A stretch of DNA of 63,179 nt, counting the filler, from Phoronis australis (lineage: Eukaryota > Animalia > Phoronida): assembly GCA_002633005.1 (NCBI GenBank). It is 6 parts of 6 records of this genome, joined end to end, with 100 filler letters (N's around TTAATTAATTAA, not from the genome) between each part and the next. Parts side by side here need not be neighbours in the genome. Positions count along the whole stretch, not along the records: positions 25,142 to 35,975 come from NMRA01000955.1; positions 36,076 to 48,645 come from NMRA01000701.1; 4 more parts are not named here. One strand, written 5' to 3'. The position numbers and the translations under genes are program-made. Below are positions 26,776 to 37,099 of the stretch, in pieces (position 1 is the stretch's first letter; each line of letters begins with the position of its first letter). The notes under the pieces were generated by a model. It had not been told where the DNA came from and made no database searches. It worked only from the letters and a program-made list of their open reading frames with translations.

Positions 26776-27211
26776 ATGGAAATTATAAATCACAGGTATT
26801 TCATCATGGAGAAAAATGTGACTGCAAATTCAGAGACAGAGCAGCAACAATCAACAGATTCAGTAAGACATGGGACAAATACAACTGCTGATTCACAGAC
26901 CGAGCTGCAACACCAAAATGAGATGGAGAGTGATAACCATGTGTCGAGCTATAGAGAGGCCCGCACTATATCAAATGCTACAGGTAAATGACGCAGACAT
27001 TTAAAGCTCAACATAACAATTATATTATAAAACGTTGGATTATAAAGCATCTTTTTCAACAACATCAGTAATAAATGACTTAGTTTGATTCAGAATTTAT
27101 TGAATGAGTGTACACTGCCTAAAATGCAACTTTCTCATTGCAGGGGCTGTTCCAGGTTTTACTTCAGCAGGCCGAGTTGTGGCTCAGGAAACCGGCCATC
27201 AGTGGCATTAA
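26776..27211 (+). CDS. Putative small two-exon acidic/Ser-Thr-rich protein, copy 1 (26776-26983 + 27144-27211; ~91 aa), unknown function
   Basis: ACAG|gtaaat donor and tttctcattgcag|GG acceptor in phase; differences from copy 2 are mostly synonymous. Confidence 0.45.
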
Positions 27212-28348
27212 CAACTGAACAACACGACACTTAATACATCGGAAATATAAAGACAAACTTGAAAACTGGCAATGGGTAATTCTCCACTTCAAATTTCACA
27301 CAAAAATAATGGCCAAAATTGCTGACTTTTTTCATGGCAGATGATTACTTTACTGCGAATAATGGAAACTTTCCAAAGCTCTTTTGTGACATCTGCACAG
27401 TACCAACTGTGGTAGTATTGGACTAAAAATATTTTAACGTTATTAAGTGGAGAAATTTGACAATATAGAATTTTACTTGTCGGCCATATTGTGTGCTAAA
27501 TTAGTGAAGAATTACTCTGTCCACACAAAATAGCTAGGTATACTTAATATGAAGCAAGACTGAGTACAAGAACAATTATGAGTAAGGACGTCAACAGGAA
27601 GTGATGATGAAATGTAAAATAATCTTGACTGAACGAAAACTCTTGTGACCAACTACAGTTACTGCTTCATGAATGTATCGGAAGATTTCAGAATCTGTGA
27701 AATACTTCCAATTTTTTACCAATGTGCAAAATTTTCAGGTCTTAACGTTATCTCAAACCTTAATTAGTGGCCTCCATTCTAACTTTGATATCAAAAAACT
27801 AGGCTCTGTCAACTAGTAAAAGTATATATTTTCTGAAAGAAAAAAGATCAAGGAATGTAAAAATATGTTTTTTATTTATGTGTCACTATTATTGTTACGT
27901 AAACACCTTTTGAAGGTAAAAATTCCATGTTTAAGAAAGGTATATAGATAGCAAAATAACCCCTTGATCTATTTTCATGAAACCCCTTTAAATGAAAACT
28001 TAACCAGTTACATCAAAAACGATGCTAGGAATTTTTGATTAGCTGTTTAATTTAATTTCTATGACAAATCAACTCGCAAAGCTTAAGTTATTCTTGTAAA
28101 AAACAGAAATTGTATTCATCTTTGTTACATTATGCATAAAAAAGGCCTTTACATCGAAAATCCTTACAGCGTTTTTGAGATTGATGAATAAATGTTACGT
28201 TTGGAAAATTAAGTCGATTTGCTGAAGCCGAGAAAAAGTCAATTATGTGGCGACATGTTGAGTTCCTCTCCAATTCAGGAATCACAGGCAGTTACAACAT
28301 ATTTAGAATTTTACTTTTCGAAAGTGACTACTTAGCAATTTCACATCC

Positions 28349-28775
28349 ATGGAAATTATAAATCACAGGTATTTCATCATGGAGAAAAATGTGACTGCAA
28401 ATTCCGAGACAGAGCAACAACAATCAACAGATTCAGTCAGACATGGAACAAATACAACTGCTGATTCACAGACCGAGCTGCAACACCAAAATGAGATGGA
28501 GAGTGATAACAATGTGTCGAGCTATAGAGAGGCACGCACTATATCAAATGCTACAGGTAAATGACGCAGACATTTAAAGCTCAACAAAACAATTATATAA
28601 AACGTTGGATTATAAAGCATCTTTTTCAACAACATCAGTAATAAATGACTTAGTTTGATTCAGAATCTATTGAATGAGTGTACACTGCCTAAAATGCAAC
28701 TTTCTCATTGCAGGGGCTGTTCCAGGTTTTACTTCAGCAGGCCGAGTTGTGGCTCAGGAAACCGGGCATCAGTAG
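28349..28775 (+). CDS. Putative small two-exon protein, copy 2 (28349-28556 + 28714-28775)
   Basis: Same structure as copy 1; TGG to TAG ends it two residues earlier. Confidence 0.4.
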
Positions 28776-30128
28776 CATTAACAACTGAACAACACGACAC
28801 CTAATACATTGGAAACATAAAGACAAACTTGAAAACTGGCAATGGGTAATTCTCCACTTCAAATTTCACACAAAAATAATGGCCAAAATTGCTGACTTTT
28901 TTCATGGCAGATGATTACTTTACTGCGAATAATGGAAAATTTTCCAAAAGCTCTTTTGTGACATATGCCAACTGTGGTAGTATTGGACTAAAAAGATTTT
29001 ATCATTATTTAAGTGGAGAAATTTGACAATATAGAATTTTACTTGTCAGCCATATTGTGTGCTAAATTAGTGAAGAATTACTCTGTCCACACAAAATAGC
29101 TAGGTATACTTAATATGAAGCAAGACTGAGTACAAGAACAATTATGAGTAAGGACGTCAACAGGAAGTGATGATGAAATGTAAAATAATCTTGACTGAGC
29201 GAAAACTCTTGTGACCAACTACAGTTACTGCTTCATGAATGTATCGGAAGATTTCAGAATCTGTGAAATACTTCCAATTTTTTACCAATATGCAAAATTT
29301 TCAGGTCTTAACGTTATCTCAAACCTTAATTAGTGGCCTCCATTCTAACTGCTATATCAAAAAACTAGGCTCTGTCAACTAGTAAAAGTATATATTTTCT
29401 GAAAGAAAAAAGATCAGGGAATGTAAAAATATGTTTTACATTTATGTGTCACTATTATTGTTATGTAAACACCTTTTGAAGGTAAAAATTCCATGTTTAA
29501 GAAAGGTATATAGATAGCAAAATAACCCCTTGATCTATTTTCATGAAACCCCTTTAAATGAAAACTTAACCAGTTAAATCAAAAACGATGTTAGGAATTT
29601 TTGATTAGCCGTTTAATTTAATTTCTATGACAAATCAACTCGCAAAGCTTAAGTTATTCTTGTAAAAAACAGAAATTGTATTCGTCTTTGTTACATTATG
29701 CATAAAAAAGGCCTTTACATCGAAAATCCTTACAGCGTTTTTGAGATTGATGAATAAATGTTAAGTATGGAAAATTAAGTCGATTTGCTGAAGCCGAGAA
29801 AAAGTCAATTATGTGGCGACACGTGGAAATCTCAAGGCCAAGTCAAAGATTAACATGTAATTACCTCTGGGCAGAAAAAAGTGACACGGGTCTCAAAAAG
29901 CCTGGGTAACATTTTGATGTGCCAATGAATATTTGCCTACAGTACAATACCATTCTATACCCCTACGTGTGTTTAGGAATTTCCGATAGCCTGACTGAAC
30001 TGAAGTCAACATTTTCAAACTCAAAGTATACTTAAAACATTGTTATAAATCTTTCAACTAGGAAACTGATTATATTCTGTGGACAAAGGTCTGACCTTTC
30101 TACTGGCATTATATTGTTATTTTCTTCT

Positions 30129-30749
30129 CAGTTAAACCACAGGCGTCCTCAGCTTCTGATCGTCCCCAATACACTACATATAATACTACAAGGTATGACA
30201 CTTCGGACTTGAAATTCCACGGGTGATCCACTTCAGCCGTCCATAGCAAACATAAAACTCAATAAATTTGCACAAAACAGGGGTTCAACAAACCATGAAA
30301 AATTGTTCTTTCTCCCAATACCATTCACGGTGTCCTGTTACAGCGACTTCGTAAGAAATTCGCAGTCAAAGAACAAAAATTTTCACAAAAAGCCCCCACA
30401 CACATTCTCCCTAGGCCCGTCGAGGTCAAGGGCGGTTACGGAAATTGCCGGTGAGTTACGGAAGTAGCGACATCGTGACTTTACNNNNNNNNNNNNNNNN
30501 NNNNNNNNNNNNNNNNNNNNNNNNNNNNNNNNNNNNNNNNNNNNNNNNNNNNNNNNNNNNNNNNNNNNNNNATCGGTCGCGTAAAGTCACGATGTCGGTG
30601 TTTTGTGTAAATTTATTGAGTTTTATGTTTGCTATGGACGGCTGAAGTGAAGCACCCGTGGAATTTCTGGTCAGAAGTGTCATACCTTGTAGTATTATAT
30701 GTAGTGTATTGGGGACGATCAGAAGCTGAGGACGCCTGTGGTTTAACTG
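30129..30749. mobile_element. MITE/foldback element with ~150-bp TIRs spanning an N gap
   Basis: CAGTTAAACCACAGGCGTCC...(30129-~30279) is the reverse complement of ~30600-30749. Inner IR CGACATCGTGACTTTAC / GTAAAGTCACGATGTCG flanks the gap. No clear TSD. Confidence 0.8.
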
Positions 30750-30852
30750 TTAAATATATCGGACTTGCATAGTATAGGTACAACCGCAATTTTAGAGCAA
30801 AAATGGACTACTTTCAATATTCAGTTTTTCTATGACACAAGATCAAACGTAG

Positions 30853-31007
30853 CAGGGGCGGATCCAGGATTTTTTAAGAAGGGGGGGCGGTCAAGGACTT
30901 TTTGAAAGGGGGGCCAAGTCAATAACTTGAAATTATAGATTTGATATCACTAAAATCAAGGGAAAAAAGGGGACTCCGGACCTCTTGACCACCGTGGACC
31001 GCCTATA
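30853..31007. mobile_element. Short MITE with 5-bp TSD (CGTAG), hAT5-like
   Basis: CGTAG|CAGGGGCGGATCCAGG ... GGACCGCCTATA|CGTAG. Confidence 0.7.
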
Positions 31008-31356
31008 CGTAGACCAGTACTTGCTGGAGTGTGTACTGCGGATTTCTCAGAATACGACTGGTCGAGCAGGGCGTCATCGTCGTAAGCGCTACGGATTTGA
31101 CTAAAGACAGCATCTTCTGACTGAGTTACACCTCCACTGTTCTCCAATATAATGTTGTCCCTTTTGGCCGCGAAAAAATAAACACTAAAATGACAAGGAA
31201 ATAAATTTGGGCATTTAACATGTTACATCTAATCATGAGCATGTTCTTTAATTTGTGTGTATTGGTCACAGAAATTACAGTTTTCCTCATAAGAAAAGCT
31301 TTTAAATGTTTTTCGTCAATGTCCACACTGATTCTACTAGTATATACCATTGTATA

Positions 31357-31612
31357 CCCACGTGATCAAGGTTTCATTGAAGCACTTCAATAGTTTCTTT
31401 GTTGGGTTTACCCAGCTCGACACAGTGGGGTGCCTTTGATACTTTAAATCTGGTTTTACTGAACCAGCTCCCTGGTCTAGCAAAACCAGGCTTTCAGACT
31501 CTTAAACCATGTTGGTGAAATGCAAGTCGTGTCTAAAATTAGACCAGGTTTAGGAAGACCGGGTTTAAGTCTTAAACCTGGTTTTGTTAAACCACCTTTA
31601 TGAAATCGGCTG
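31357..31612. mobile_element. Harbinger/PIF-like element end (~255-bp inverted arm), terminus facing the Gypsy element
   Basis: Diverged reverse complement of 35541-35796; ends CTTTATGAAATCGGCTG followed by CAA. Confidence 0.75.
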
Positions 31613-31674
31613 CAAGTGTCTGCTTCAATATAGTATCTTATTCGCTTATAATTGTGTGTTTCTGATTCCTACAT

Positions 31675-31686
31675 TGGTGACCTCGA
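31675..31686 (+). promoter_or_regulatory. Primer-binding site, tRNA-Trp-like
   Basis: TGGTGACCTCGA vs tRNA-Trp 3' complement TGGTGACCCCGA; one base after the LTR-terminal CA. Confidence 0.7.
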
Positions 31687-31703
31687 AACAGTGAACACTT
31701 ACA

Positions 31704-32471
31704 ATGGCAGAGGGACACACTGATACAAAGCTTGTTACTGACCTTGCCTCAACTCTCCAGACGCTTGCAATGCAAAGAACTCAGGTAAACCCGGCATCCA
31801 TCAGGTTGCCGGACTTTTGGACAAAACCGCCAGAAGTCTGGTTTGCCAAAGACGAGGCTCAATTTGGAACCAAAGGGATTGTACAAGACCAGACAAAATA
31901 TGATTAAGTTGTGAGTGCCCTTGATGTCAACACACCCGATGAAGTTCAGGCTATTCTCCTCCACCCACCGCTCACAAACAAGTATAACGCATTGAAGTCC
32001 GCGCTCATCAACGCTTTTGGAAAGTCCCAGGCGCAGGACTCTGAGCCTTTGAACCTCAATGGCCTGGGTAACAAACGTCCCACCGCTCTGATGAGACGTA
32101 TCAACGCTCTCAATGATGACCCCAAAACTTTAAAACGTGCTTTCCTAACGAACCTGCCTTCTGACGTTCGCACTATCCTGGCGGGCCACAGCATTACTAG
32201 CATGGAGGACCTTGCTACGACCGCGGACCGTATCTGGGAGGCACCTACTGCCGGAGTGCAACAAGTCTCTATGCCTACCGCCAGTCAGACAACGTTTTCG
32301 GGTTTTTATGATGACAACGCCAAGTCCACGTCCGCTTCGGTGGACGTGGTTTCTGCCGATAAGCGCTTCCGACGCCGTTCCCGTCCCCAGCACGGTGACG
32401 CCAGCCCCCTTATGGGTTCCTCCACCGTATGCTTCTGCCATATAAAGTTTGGGCCCGAGGCTCGTCGATGA
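31704..32471 (+). pseudogene. Gypsy gag (in-frame stop at 31905-31907)
   Basis: LPDFWTKPPEVWF..EAQF..KGI....TKY motif; C-terminal CFCHIKFGPEARR knuckle remnant. Confidence 0.85.
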
Positions 32472-32539
32472 TAGCCTGGCTACAAGTTTGCATCACTGAT
32501 ACCCAAGACAAATAACCAGGGAAACGCCACAGCCGGCCG

Positions 32540-35281
32540 TTGAACGTGGTAGCGGCCGGCGTTTCCACCTCCAACACGTTCTCCATTGTTGACCAACACA
32601 CTGGTAGATCCTTCTTAGTTGACACCGGCGCCGACGTTTCTGTTTATCCTGCCTCTGCAACAGACCGCAAGATCAATCCACCTTCCGCACCTCTCTTCGC
32701 TGCTATCGGAACTTCCATAAACACATGGGGCACCCGTACCCTCTCGGTGGTGCTCAGCCCTAAGCAGGGGTACGCTCATGAATTTTATCTTGCCGGTGTT
32801 ACTCGCCCGATTCTGGGAACTGATTCTTTATTGCCCACGACCTAGTTATTGATTTTAAGGGCAAGCGCCTTTTGTCTATCGATAATCCCTTTGTTTTCCT
32901 GTGAAATAACACGGTTTCGCTGACCCTTGCGGGTCTCCCTTCATGCCCATGATGAGTACTCACATTTTTCAGAGCTGTTTACTCCGTGTTTCGATTCCAC
33001 GGCGAATAAACACGGTGTTGAACACCATATCATAACCCAGGGACCTCCTGTCCACGCAAGTGACCGACGTTTGAATCCTGAACGACTGACGGCGGCGAAA
33101 GATGAATTTCTGCGAATGGAAAAGATGGGTATAATTCGCCGATACAATTCACCGTGGTCTTCATCGTTCCATGTCGTCCCCAAGCCTGGCGGTCTATGGC
33201 GCCCTTGTGGTGACTACAGACAACTTAATGCTTCTACCACGGATGACCGCTACCCATTACCGCATATCCATGATTTCAACAACCATCTGACCGGATGCAA
33301 GGTTTTCCTAAAAATGGTTTGGTTCGGGGCTATCATCAGATTCCGGTTGCGCCTCACCTTTTGGATTGTGAGAATTTCTTCGCATGCCCTTTGGCCTCAA
33401 GAACGCTGCCCAGGCTTTCCAACGCCTTATGGATGGCATTTTCAGGAACGTTTTGTTCGCTTTTGTCTCCCTCGATGACATCTTGGTGGCCAGCCGCTCG
33501 CATGCCGACCATCTGGAACATCTTCGTCGGATCTTTATGCTGCTGTCCTCCAACGATCTCGTTATCAATAGGCCCAAGTGCATTTTCGGCGCTGCCGAAT
33601 TGGCTTTCCTTGGACACCACGTCACAGCCCGGGGAATCTTTCCGCTCTCCGATCGCGTGGCATCTATTCAAGATTGTGCTCCCCCAACCAATCGTGCTGA
33701 GCTGCAACGATTTCTAGGATTGATGAACTACTATCACCGTTTTGTTCCACACATCGCTGATGCCCTGACTACACTCCATGCGCAAGCTAGCAGTAAAGGT
33801 CAAGCTATTACCTGGTCAGCTCTCTGCCAAACTGCTTTCAAAAAGGCCAAAGACGCCCTTAAAAAAGCTGTGCTCTTGCGTCACCCTCACCCGACCTCGC
33901 CCACAAGCGTTACAGTCGATGCGTCTAACAAGGCCATCGGTGTTCAACTGACGCAACTTCAGGACGGCACTTGGGCTCCTTTTGCCCTCTTCTCACGCAA
34001 GCTTTCCGAAACAGAGCAGAAGTACAGCGCTTTCGACCGTGAGCTCCTGGCAGCCTATAACGCAGTTAAGCACTTCAGGCGTTTCAAGTTAGAGGGCCGA
34101 CCTTTTGCGTTATTCACTGACCACAAGCCGGGCCGCTACAACGGGCCTTGATCTACAAGATCTTCCGTTTGGCGACTGTACCCTGCTTTGTGACACGTCC
34201 ACTGGCACATCCCGACCTGTGTTGCCCTCCACGTGGACCCGTGCTGTGTTTGATCGTATTCATGGGTTTTCTCACGCTGGCGTTCGCCCTACTCAGCAGG
34301 CGGCTATCATTCAGCACTTTGTCTGGCGTGGTATGAAACGTGATATACGGCGGTGGTGCAAAGAGTGTCATCTTGTCAAGTTTCCAAGATACATCGACAC
34401 ACACAGGCACCTTTGGTAAAGCATCCCGCTCCGGCAGCGAGGTTTCGCAGTCTCCATGTGATCTTGTTGGCCCACTACTAGCGAGCCAAGGCATGACCTA
34501 TCTCTTCACAACCATTGACCGTTTCACCAGGTGGCCCGATGCCATACCTCTTCCTGACGCCCAAGCTTCGTCCTGTGCGGCTGCTCTTGTCCATCATTGG
34601 ATTTCCCGCTTTGGTGTGCCTGAGGACATCACGTCTGATCGCGGTGCTCAGTTCACTTCGGCACTTTGGAGTGAATGCAACAAGCTCTTGGTTGTTACAA
34701 CTCACACCACAACAGCATATCACCCACAGGCGAATGGCATGATAGAACGTTTTCACCGCGCCCTAAAGGCGTCTCTCAAGGCGCGCACTACCAGCCCGCA
34801 CTGGTTTGCAGAACTGACAGTGGTCTTGATAGGGCTACTTTCGTCTTGGCGAGTGGATCCCGGCTATTCTCCCGCTGAGCTTGTGTATGGGTCACCTCTC
34901 CACTTACCAGGCGAGTTTCTTCCGGCAACCGCTCGAAGCTCGTGCGATGGAGCCGGACTCAATTTTCCTAAGGCATCTACAACACACCATGCGTACTGTA
35001 CAGTCCGCGCCTACTATTTTCCATGGCGGTCGCCCCAGTTAAATATTCTCAACTTGGCGTCTACAGGGTATGTGTATGTGCGCCACAATGCTTACCGTCA
35101 TCCGCTCCAGCGCCTCTACAATGGCCCGTATCGCATACTCAACACAAATGACAAGTTCTACACTCTTGACATTAAGGGTCGCGAGCAGACGATTTCTGTT
35201 GATCGTCTCAAAGCCGCTTATGTCACCCAGTTCACGAACTCGGATGACACCTTCACACGTCCCGATGCCTCTACGCCATAG
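32540..35281 (+). pseudogene. Gypsy pol (protease, RT, RNase H, integrase), frameshifted
   Basis: FLVDTGADVSV; WRPCGDYRQLN; DRYPLPHI; MPFGLKNA; SLDD (altered catalytic box); DAS; HGFSHAG..CKEC; DLVGP/SDRGAQF/GMIERFH; GPY. Split over several ORFs. Confidence 0.92.
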
Positions 35282-35540
35282 TGCTCCCCTCGCCGGCGGC
35301 CCCCCGGCCTGGACTCCACCGACCGACCTGTGCCGTCAACGTCTGTTGCTGCCGATCAACCTTCTAAAGTTACTCGTTCTGGTCGCGTTTCGCGCTTGCT
35401 CGTGCGTTTTCGTGATTCTCCACCCACCTCGGATTTGCCTTAGTCTTCCGCTTGGGGGGGTACTGTGGTGCCACCTATCAGTATAACGATTTGTTAAATC
35501 ACTGTAGTTTAGTCTCGGTTTTCAATTATTCCAACATCAA

Positions 35541-35975
35541 CAGCCGATTTCATAAAGGTGGTTTAACAAAACCAGGTTTAAGACTTAAACCTGGTCTTCC
35601 TAAACCTGGTCTAATTTTAGACCTAACTTGCATTTCACCATCATGGTTTAAGAGTCTGAAAGCCTGGTTTTGCTAGACCAGGTATCCCGTTCAGTAAAAC
35701 CAGGCTTAAAGTATCAAAGGCACCCCACTGTGTAGAGCCCAGTAAACCCAACAAAGAAGCTATTGAAGTGCTTCAATGGAATTGTGATCAGGTGGGTTTC
35801 AATGACAGCTAGCACACAGTTGTAGGTAAAATCAGTGCAGAAGTATTTTCGTGGTGGCTCTGTCATCAATAAAATGAGTAGAAAAAGGTCGGAAAACTTT
35901 TCTCCTGAGGAAAAAGGTTTCCTCACAGAACTCATTGCAGAAAAAATTGATGTAATAGAGAACAAGAAAAGTGAC
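35541..35975 (+). mobile_element. Harbinger/PIF-like element left end with the start of its Myb/SANT gene
   Basis: CAA|CAGCCGATTTCATAAAGG terminus and ~255-bp arm, then an ORF truncated by the contig end. Confidence 0.75.
35874..35975 (+). CDS. Myb/SANT-like DNA-binding protein N-terminus (Harbinger ORF; MSANTD/NAIF1-type), truncated
   Basis: MSRKRSENFSPEEKGFLTELIAEKIDVIENKKSD matches the RxxNFSxxExxxLxxL...IExKxSD start of this domain. Confidence 0.75.
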
Positions 35976-36075
35976 NNNNNNNNNNNNNNNNNNNNNNNNN
36001 NNNNNNNNNNNNNNNNNNNTTAATTAATTAANNNNNNNNNNNNNNNNNNNNNNNNNNNNNNNNNNNNNNNNNNNN
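35976..36075. other. Artificial contig spacer
   Basis: Ns flanking TTAATTAATTAA. Confidence 0.95.
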
Positions 36076-36165
36076 AAATTTTTCGAATTTCATTATCGGC
36101 CTCAGTGATGTTGGTTTTTTGGCTCTCAAAGGTAATCAAGTTAAGCAACGTATGGGATAAATAAT

Positions 36166-36295
36166 AAACGTACCTCGATTGGCGTACATGAAGTAATATC
36201 CCACTCGACCTTATTCCGCGACCGAAGGTCGAGATCCATACCCGGAATAATGTCTCGTGGGATATTACGTCATGTACGCCACTCGCGATACGTTT
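36166..36295. repeat. Imperfect foldback (hairpin) element
   Basis: TGGCGTACATGAAGTAATATCCCAC ... GTGGGATATTACGTCATGTACGCCA plus outer AAACGTA/TACGTTT. Confidence 0.8.
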
Positions 36296-36857
36296 TGTGT
36301 ATATATCTCATTTCGCGCATGTGGAATGACTTGGCAACAGCGGGCTATTTGTTAGGAGATATTATAATCGAGTTACTTTTGTTTTAAAAGAATTGTGTAA
36401 TAGTTATCACGCCTGTGAAGGTTTTCATCCATGAGTATTCAACGGAATGATGGACAAGAAACTATGCGCACTCATTCAACAACTGTTTGAATTATTGACA
36501 ATTAAAACTGACTTAGACTCTTAGCTCTTGGCTCTCGATTTCGTTATTTCAAACTGCTGGCACGTACATTTTTGCACATATTTATTTGTAATTATGCAAA
36601 AGGGCAATATATAAATTGCACATCACAAATGTAAACTTGTTTTGAGTTTACGAAAAACATTTAGTGATGTTATCACTTCGGAGACCTGATGGTAAGTCCG
36701 AAGTTCCGTTTTCATCTTGTTATAAACTATGTGATCAGATCTTCTGCCATCTGAGACGGTCATTTCACCAGACTGTTCATCGCCTCAAACCAGATTCGGG
36801 GGATGGCGTTGCTGTAAATGTGCATGTTCACAGTAGTAGCGTGTACACCGCCGAACC

Positions 36858-37099
36858 TCAGTTGCGGAAACGCGAAAACTTCACAGCGTTCTCTCTAAAC
36901 AATAAGTCTGGCACAAGGTAGTCATCGGCCTCACCTCGAACGAGACCGCGGCCCTCCTCGCTGACAAAGTAACATTGCTGCCATTTCAGCAGTGCCATAT
37001 TCGGTTTCTCAAGGACGGTCGCTTTGAGTGGTCTTCTCGAACTTCTAGGGAAAGTTAGGAACCCTCCGACATCCTCAACGCGAATATTTTGAAATTGTC
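36858..37099 (-). CDS. ITIH-like last coding exon
   Basis: GQFQNIRV...CYFVSEEGRGLVRGEADDYLVPDLLF...FRN-stop. Confidence 0.9.

Larger units (their letters stand above)
26685..29823. repeat. Tandem segmental duplication, period 1573 bp (26685-28257 / 28258-29823)
   Basis: Two near-identical copies with scattered substitutions and small indels; both carry the same 71-aa ORF. Confidence 0.93.
31613..35540 (+). mobile_element. Gypsy/Ty3 LTR retrotransposon (Mag-like, degenerate) with a single split LTR
   Basis: LTR 3' half 31616-31673 ending CA; PBS at 31675; gag-PR-RT-RH-IN; PPT GGGGGGG ~35454-35460; LTR 5' half starting TGTGG at 35464-35540. Confidence 0.92.

Noticed and set aside
31013-31162. 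Minus-strand exon-like ORF (ENSGGVTQSEDAVF...)
   Set aside because: Weak acceptor and no recognisable domain; it could belong to the adjacent transposon but cannot be supported.
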